This document shows positions 59,358 through 64,000 of a DNA stretch of 64,000 nucleotides, piece by piece. The translations under genes were made by a program, and so were the position numbers. Origin of the DNA: Candidatus Latescibacterota bacterium (GTDB taxonomy: Bacteria; Latescibacterota; UBA2968; UBA8231). The first letter of the stretch is position 1. Each line of letters opens with the position of its first letter. The stretch spans positions 416,001-480,000 of the forward strand of contig OZ242318.1 in the NCBI GenBank assembly GCA_965208105.1, read 5' to 3'. The notes beneath the pieces were generated by a model. The model worked only from the letters and a program-made list of their open reading frames with translations, searched no databases and was not told the origin of the DNA.

Positions 59358-60614
59358 ATGAATGTTGATGATCTCAGGGGAGAAACCGTGATGATGGCGG
59401 TTTCCGGTGGCCTTGACAGCTGCACCCTCACACACTGGCTCACGGCCAGGGGCGTTGGAGTCATCGCCTATACTGCCGACCTGGGCCAGCCTGACGAAGA
59501 GCGGATCGAGGACATCCGCGACAGGATGTTGGCATGCGGGGCACAGGAGATGATTCTGGACGACCTCAGGGAGGAAACCTGCCGGGCGGGAATCCAACTT
59601 GTCCAGGCACAGGCGCGATACGAAGGGGGTTACTGGAACACCACGGGCATCGCCCGCCACGTGGTGGTCGCAGCCATGGTTCCCCAGCTGCATCGCCGCA
59701 AAATCCGCATCATGGGGCACGGGGCTACCGGCAGAGGAAACGACCAGGTCAGGTTTCAACTCGCCACGCAGATGCTGGACCCGCAGATCACCGTCTATGC
59801 TCCCTGGCGCGACCCGGCATTCCTCGGCACTTTCGGCGGCCGCAAGGAGATGATCGACTACTGCCAGGACCACGGGTTGCCCATCACGGCAAGCCATGAA
59901 AAGCCCTACTCCACCGATGCCAACATCCTGGGCCTCACCCACGAGGCGGGAGAGCTGGAGGCCCTGTCAGTCCCCGCGCAGCGCATAGAGGCGGGAATGG
60001 GGAAATTTCCCGAAGATGCCCAGGACCAGGCCGAAATATTTGAAATAAGGTTTGAGAAGGGGAACCCCGAGTACGTCAACGGACACCCGGTGAGCGCCCT
60101 CGAAGCGCTTCAGCTGAGCAATCGGATTGCCGGGCGCCACGGCATCGGCATAGGCCTTCACACGGTGGAAAACCGCTATGTCGGAATCAAGTCCCGGGGA
60201 GTCTACGAAGCGCCGGGCCTCGAGCTGCTGGGCCGGTGCTACGAGTACCTGCTGCAACTCATCCTCGACCGCAGGGCACGCCGCCTGTACGGCCAGATTG
60301 CCGCATACATCGCAGAGCAGATTTACCAGGGGTACTGGTTCGATCCGGGAACCCAGGCCTGCCGGAAATTCGTCGAGCACTTCAACCAGTTGGCCAGCGG
60401 CACTATCACCGTTTCTCTATACAAGGGAAATGTCTCATTTTGTGCTGCCGAGAACGCACCTCACTCCCTCTACAGCGAAGACACAGCCTCCATGGAAGAC
60501 GTGGGGGACTTCGATCACCGGGACTCCGAGGGTTTTCTCAACGTCCTGGGGATTAGTGCATGCGCTCTCAACAAGGCCGGTCAGACAGGTCCGCCGCCGG
60601 CACCCCTCAAATAG
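59358..60614 (+). CDS. argG: Argininosuccinate synthase
   Basis: SGGLDS, ADLGQ, HGATGRGNDQVRF, YSTDAN, ENRYVGIKSRGVYEAPG. Confidence 0.95.
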   Translation: MNVDDLRGETVMMAVSGGLDSCTLTHWLTARGVGVIAYTADLGQPDEERIEDIRDRMLACGAQEMILDDLREETCRAGIQLVQAQARYEGGYWNTTGIARHVVVAAMVPQLHRRKIRIMGHGATGRGNDQVRFQLATQMLDPQITVYAPWRDPAFLGTFGGRKEMIDYCQDHGLPITASHEKPYSTDANILGLTHEAGELEALSVPAQRIEAGMGKFPEDAQDQAEIFEIRFEKGNPEYVNGHPVSALEALQLSNRIAGRHGIGIGLHTVENRYVGIKSRGVYEAPGLELLGRCYEYLLQLILDRRARRLYGQIAAYIAEQIYQGYWFDPGTQACRKFVEHFNQLASGTITVSLYKGNVSFCAAENAPHSLYSEDTASMEDVGDFDHRDSEGFLNVLGISACALNKAGQTGPPPAPLK

Positions 60615-61506
60615 AAAAGAGAGGTTCCACCCCGGCCAGGATGGAATCCAGTTCGGCCATGTCCTGCCGGTCCAGACTTCCACCCGGCATACGGACCGCG
60701 GGGGTGGCAATTACGCCACGGCGGAACATCACTTCTTTGTAGACTGCCATCGACAGGAGGCGCTCGAAGTTGATCAATGGCAGAATCTGGTTGAACAGGG
60801 TTCTCGCCGCGGTTTCGTCTCCCGCCTCGAGGCTGTCCCAAATGCGTACCAGAACGTCGGTGGTGTGGCAGCAGGGCATGTTGCCGGCAGCGCCTCGCCG
60901 ATACTCATCCAGTAGATAGATCGCTCCCTGACCGCCGAAAATCCCCTTGCAGGCCGACCCCGCAGCCGCCCTGGTGACGCTGATGCGCCTGGGTTCGGGC
61001 AGTGCTTCTTCCTTGATGTATTCCACGTGCGATATTTCCTCGCACATGCGCGCAAGCAGCTCCGAACTCATCGGGGTCCCCATGGGGGCATCGTGGTTCT
61101 GGATGCAGATTGGAATGTCCACCGCAGCCGAGAGGGCCTGGTAGTAGCTGAAACAGCCCTCCGCATCGAAATGCACAATGTGGGGTGGCATGGCCATCAG
61201 GCCATCCGCACCCACCTCCTGGGCGAATCGTCCCAGGGCAACCGCCGGCAGCGTATGGCCTGAGGTGACCGAGGCGATTACCGGCACCTGGCCTCCGGCT
61301 TCGCCCACCACCACCTCGATCCATTTCCTGCGCTCGTCATCGGACAGGGTGGCGAACTCGCTGGCCATGGCCGGACCCACCAGGCCGCGCGCGCCAGCCT
61401 CGATATTGAACCTCACCACCTTTGCCAGACTGCCCGCGTCCATATCGCCGCCCTTGGTGAACGGCGTGAGGATGATCGGAAAAATTCCACTCCAACTCTG
61501 GCTCAT
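60607..61506 (-). CDS. Dihydrodipicolinate synthase family aldolase/dehydratase
   Basis: GIFPIILTPF, SEFATLSDDER, Schiff-base Lys in YIKEE; lacks the DapA GTTGE motif, so probably not DapA. Confidence 0.85.
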   Translation of the reverse strand: MSQSWSGIFPIILTPFTKGGDMDAGSLAKVVRFNIEAGARGLVGPAMASEFATLSDDERRKWIEVVVGEAGGQVPVIASVTSGHTLPAVALGRFAQEVGADGLMAMPPHIVHFDAEGCFSYYQALSAAVDIPICIQNHDAPMGTPMSSELLARMCEEISHVEYIKEEALPEPRRISVTRAAAGSACKGIFGGQGAIYLLDEYRRGAAGNMPCCHTTDVLVRIWDSLEAGDETAARTLFNQILPLINFERLLSMAVYKEVMFRRGVIATPAVRMPGGSLDRQDMAELDSILAGVEPLFSI

Positions 61507-61589
61507 GGGCTCCCCTCCTTGAAATTAATTCTGGACAAATTCTCCAATCCACTCTGCTTCAATGTGCTTGGAACAAAAACAATTTTAAT

Positions 61590-62252
61590 TCACGGCCCCG
61601 CCTGCAAAGCCCGCGGAACGTCGGCCAAGCGGCTCACCACCCTGCACCCGGTTCTCATCAGGCGACGCCGACTCTGGTGGCCTCCCGGCACCAGAACGCA
61701 GTCCACCCCCATGGCCTTGGCCGCCTCCCAATCGTGCAGGGTATCTCCCACCAAAACGACCAGACTCGCGGCGCAGGACTGCTCCTCCATCCAGTGCATT
61801 CCCAGGTCTATCTTCCCCTCGGCGTAGTGATTGCCCAGCCCCCATACGCGGGCAAAGACCTCTTCGAGCTGGAAGTGGGCAACCATTTCCTCCAGACTCC
61901 GCTGCTCATAGGCCGAGAGGAGGGACTGCTGCAGTCCGGCAGCGCTGATGGTTTCGAGCACCTCCGCGGCAAGGGGCTGCAGGCGGCACTCCCGGCGGCG
62001 CAGCTCGTACTCCGCCGTGAACTCATCGCTGATCTGCTCGAATGTCTCCGCATCCAGGTCGAATCCAAGCCTGCGGACATACTGGCGCAGGGGGAATCCG
62101 AAAATTTCCTGGTAGTGCTCGGAGGAAATCGCGGCCAATCCTCTCCTGGCCATCATGGCGTTGGTGATCTCCAGGCTCAGCCAGCCATCGTCAATCAGGG
62201 TTCCGTTCCAATCCCACACCACGTGCTTATATGGACTGCTTGACCCGACCAT
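61590..62252 (-). CDS. HAD-superfamily hydrolase (phosphoglycolate phosphatase-like)
   Basis: VWDWNGTL motif I, LLSA, VGDTLHD; start ATG 62252. Confidence 0.9.
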   Translation of the reverse strand: MVGSSSPYKHVVWDWNGTLIDDGWLSLEITNAMMARRGLAAISSEHYQEIFGFPLRQYVRRLGFDLDAETFEQISDEFTAEYELRRRECRLQPLAAEVLETISAAGLQQSLLSAYEQRSLEEMVAHFQLEEVFARVWGLGNHYAEGKIDLGMHWMEEQSCAASLVVLVGDTLHDWEAAKAMGVDCVLVPGGHQSRRRLMRTGCRVVSRLADVPRALQAGP

Positions 62253-62268
62253 ATAACTTATGGTGCTG

Positions 62269-63033
62269 CTATACCTTGCGAGCAACCCAAATCTGCTCTC
62301 CATAGCCGGGGAAAACACTGCGATGGAAGTCGCCGTAGAGCGCTTCCACGGCGAAGCCGCAGCGTTCAAGGAGGTATTCCATCTCGTGGCGGAAGATGTA
62401 TCGCAACTGCAATCTTCCATAGGTCCGGGAAACCACCTCACCGGTGCGGTCCGTTTCCTCGAAAATCAGCTCCTGCTCGAGCAGCTGAACCTCCGGGTCG
62501 TATTGGCGGCTGTACCAGACCGCCACGCTATGGCCGGTTTCCGGGTCGGCGAAATCCGTGTCCTTCTGCAGCGGCGCGGTGAAACCCCTGCCGGCGATAT
62601 CCATGAGGGGATCGAAGATGTCGAGGACCAGGACTCCGCCATCCTCGAGATGCCGGTGCACGCTCTCGAGGACATGGTGCTGATCTGTCGGAGTCAGAAG
62701 GTGCTGAAAGCTGCGGTAGGGAATGGTGACCAACCTGAAGCGCCGGTCCAGGTCAAATTCTTCCATGTCGGCCTGGACCAATCGGGTCATTTCCCGGACA
62801 TGGGGATCCGAGTTGGCGAGTTTTCGCCGGGTGACGCCCAGGATCGCCTCGTCCGCCTCAAGACCGACGACCTCGACCCCGGCAGCGGCGGTCGGCAGGA
62901 GAACACGACCGGTGCCACATCCCAATTCGAGCACCGGGGACCCGGCTTCAAGGGCCGAGGACACATAGAACTCGACATCCCCTTCCACTCCGGTAAAGTA
63001 GTGATCGTAGAACCTGGGGTGGTAGGCTTGCAT
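62269..63033 (-). CDS. Class I SAM-dependent methyltransferase
   Basis: VLELGCGTGR, QADM, HLEDGG. Confidence 0.9.
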   Translation of the reverse strand: MQAYHPRFYDHYFTGVEGDVEFYVSSALEAGSPVLELGCGTGRVLLPTAAAGVEVVGLEADEAILGVTRRKLANSDPHVREMTRLVQADMEEFDLDRRFRLVTIPYRSFQHLLTPTDQHHVLESVHRHLEDGGVLVLDIFDPLMDIAGRGFTAPLQKDTDFADPETGHSVAVWYSRQYDPEVQLLEQELIFEETDRTGEVVSRTYGRLQLRYIFRHEMEYLLERCGFAVEALYGDFHRSVFPGYGEQIWVARKV

Positions 63034-63041
63034 GCACTCGT

Positions 63042-64000
63042 CTATTGCAGCAGGTCCTCAATGACCGCCTTTTCTTCCCGGAGCTCCCGGGTGGTGACCG
63101 CGATTTTTTCCCGGGCAAAGGTGCTCAATTCTATTCCCTGGACGATGGCGTATCCGCCCTGCCCATCGCTGCGCACCGGAAAGGAGAAAACCAGTCCCGG
63201 GTCGATTCCATAACTGCCGTCGGAAGGCACTGCGGCGGACACCCAGTCTCCTTCAGGTGTGGCATTCTCGAAGCCCCTGATATGGTCCACGGCCGCGTTG
63301 GCGGCCGAAGCAGCCGAAGAAAGCCCGCGGGCGGCAATGACGGCAGCACCGCGCTGCTGGACCGTCTCGATGAACTCATTCTGCAACCACGACACGTGGC
63401 CGATCACCTCCGGCACCGGCCTGCCCTTGATTCGGGCGTTTTCGGCATCGGGATACTGGGTGGCGCTGTGATTGCCCCAGATGGTCACATTGCTTACATC
63501 GGCCATCCGGACGCCCGCCTTCCGAGCCAGTTGGGCTGCGGCCCTGTTGTGGTCCAGCCTCGTCATCGCTTGGAAGCGCTCCCTTGGAATGACGCCCTGG
63601 CGCATGGCTATCAAGCAGTTGGTATTTGCCGGGTTGCCCACAACCAGGACCCGGACATCGCCCGCAGCACGTTGCAACGCCTTGCCCTGGCCGACGAAGA
63701 TGGGACCATTTTCTCGGATCAAGTCACCGCGTTCCATCCCCTTGCCCCGTGGTTTCGAACCGATCAGCAAGGCCCAGTTTACCCCATCGAAGGCCTTTCC
63801 GGGATCGTCCGTGATCACAACATCGTCAAGGAGGGGGAAGGCACAATCATCCAGCTCCATCACCACTCCCTCGAGGGCTTTCAAGGCGGGCGCAATTTCC
63901 AGCAGGTTAAGGGATACCCGCGTATCCGCGCCGAATACTTCTCCCGATGCCAGGCGGGGCAGAATGGCATAACCGATCTGACCGGCCGCTCCAGTTACAG
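63042..64000 (-). CDS. mdh: Malate dehydrogenase (first few codons lie beyond the window end)
   Basis: [46 protein letters not shown]. Confidence 0.96.
   Translation of the reverse strand, partial: VTGAAGQIGYAILPRLASGEVFGADTRVSLNLLEIAPALKALEGVVMELDDCAFPLLDDVVITDDPGKAFDGVNWALLIGSKPRGKGMERGDLIRENGPIFVGQGKALQRAAGDVRVLVVGNPANTNCLIAMRQGVIPRERFQAMTRLDHNRAAAQLARKAGVRMADVSNVTIWGNHSATQYPDAENARIKGRPVPEVIGHVSWLQNEFIETVQQRGAAVIAARGLSSAASAANAAVDHIRGFENATPEGDWVSAAVPSDGSYGIDPGLVFSFPVRSDGQGGYAIVQGIELSTFAREKIAVTTRELREEKAVIEDLLQ

Overview
A gene-dense bacterial chromosomal window of mostly housekeeping genes. The short SigA-type sigma factor, orphan GroES with an insert, alternative complex III and large acidic secreted protein suggest an FCB-group organism such as Latescibacterota; this is inference only. 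Contents: translation and quality-control genes (ychF, rqcH, valS, cysS, smpB, epmA, trmJ, rph, clpP/clpX, hflKC), hemL, gcvT-gcvP, coaE, holA, trxA, argG, mdh and three tRNAs (Leu-CAG, Arg-CCT, Lys-TTT). It also holds a complete alternative complex III plus caa3 oxidase operon (37.4-49.7 kb) and several sugar-catabolic enzymes. No CRISPR array, integrase or transposase was seen. The strongest candidates for novelty are: (1) a ~930-aa secreted, probably outer-membrane protein with Ca2+-binding acidic repeats, divergent from an Asp-box beta-propeller and a polyphosphate glucokinase; (2) an AI-2E transporter with an apparently circularly permuted Ig-like (ASH) insert, next to a degenerate cNMP-binding protein; (3) a DnaC/IstB-like Zn-finger ATPase coupled between smpB and rph with no mobile partner; (4) an EpmA retaining an OB-fold-like N-terminus; and (5) a small MITE-like element with a second, degenerate copy. 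All calls come from reading motifs by eye; no database search was run.
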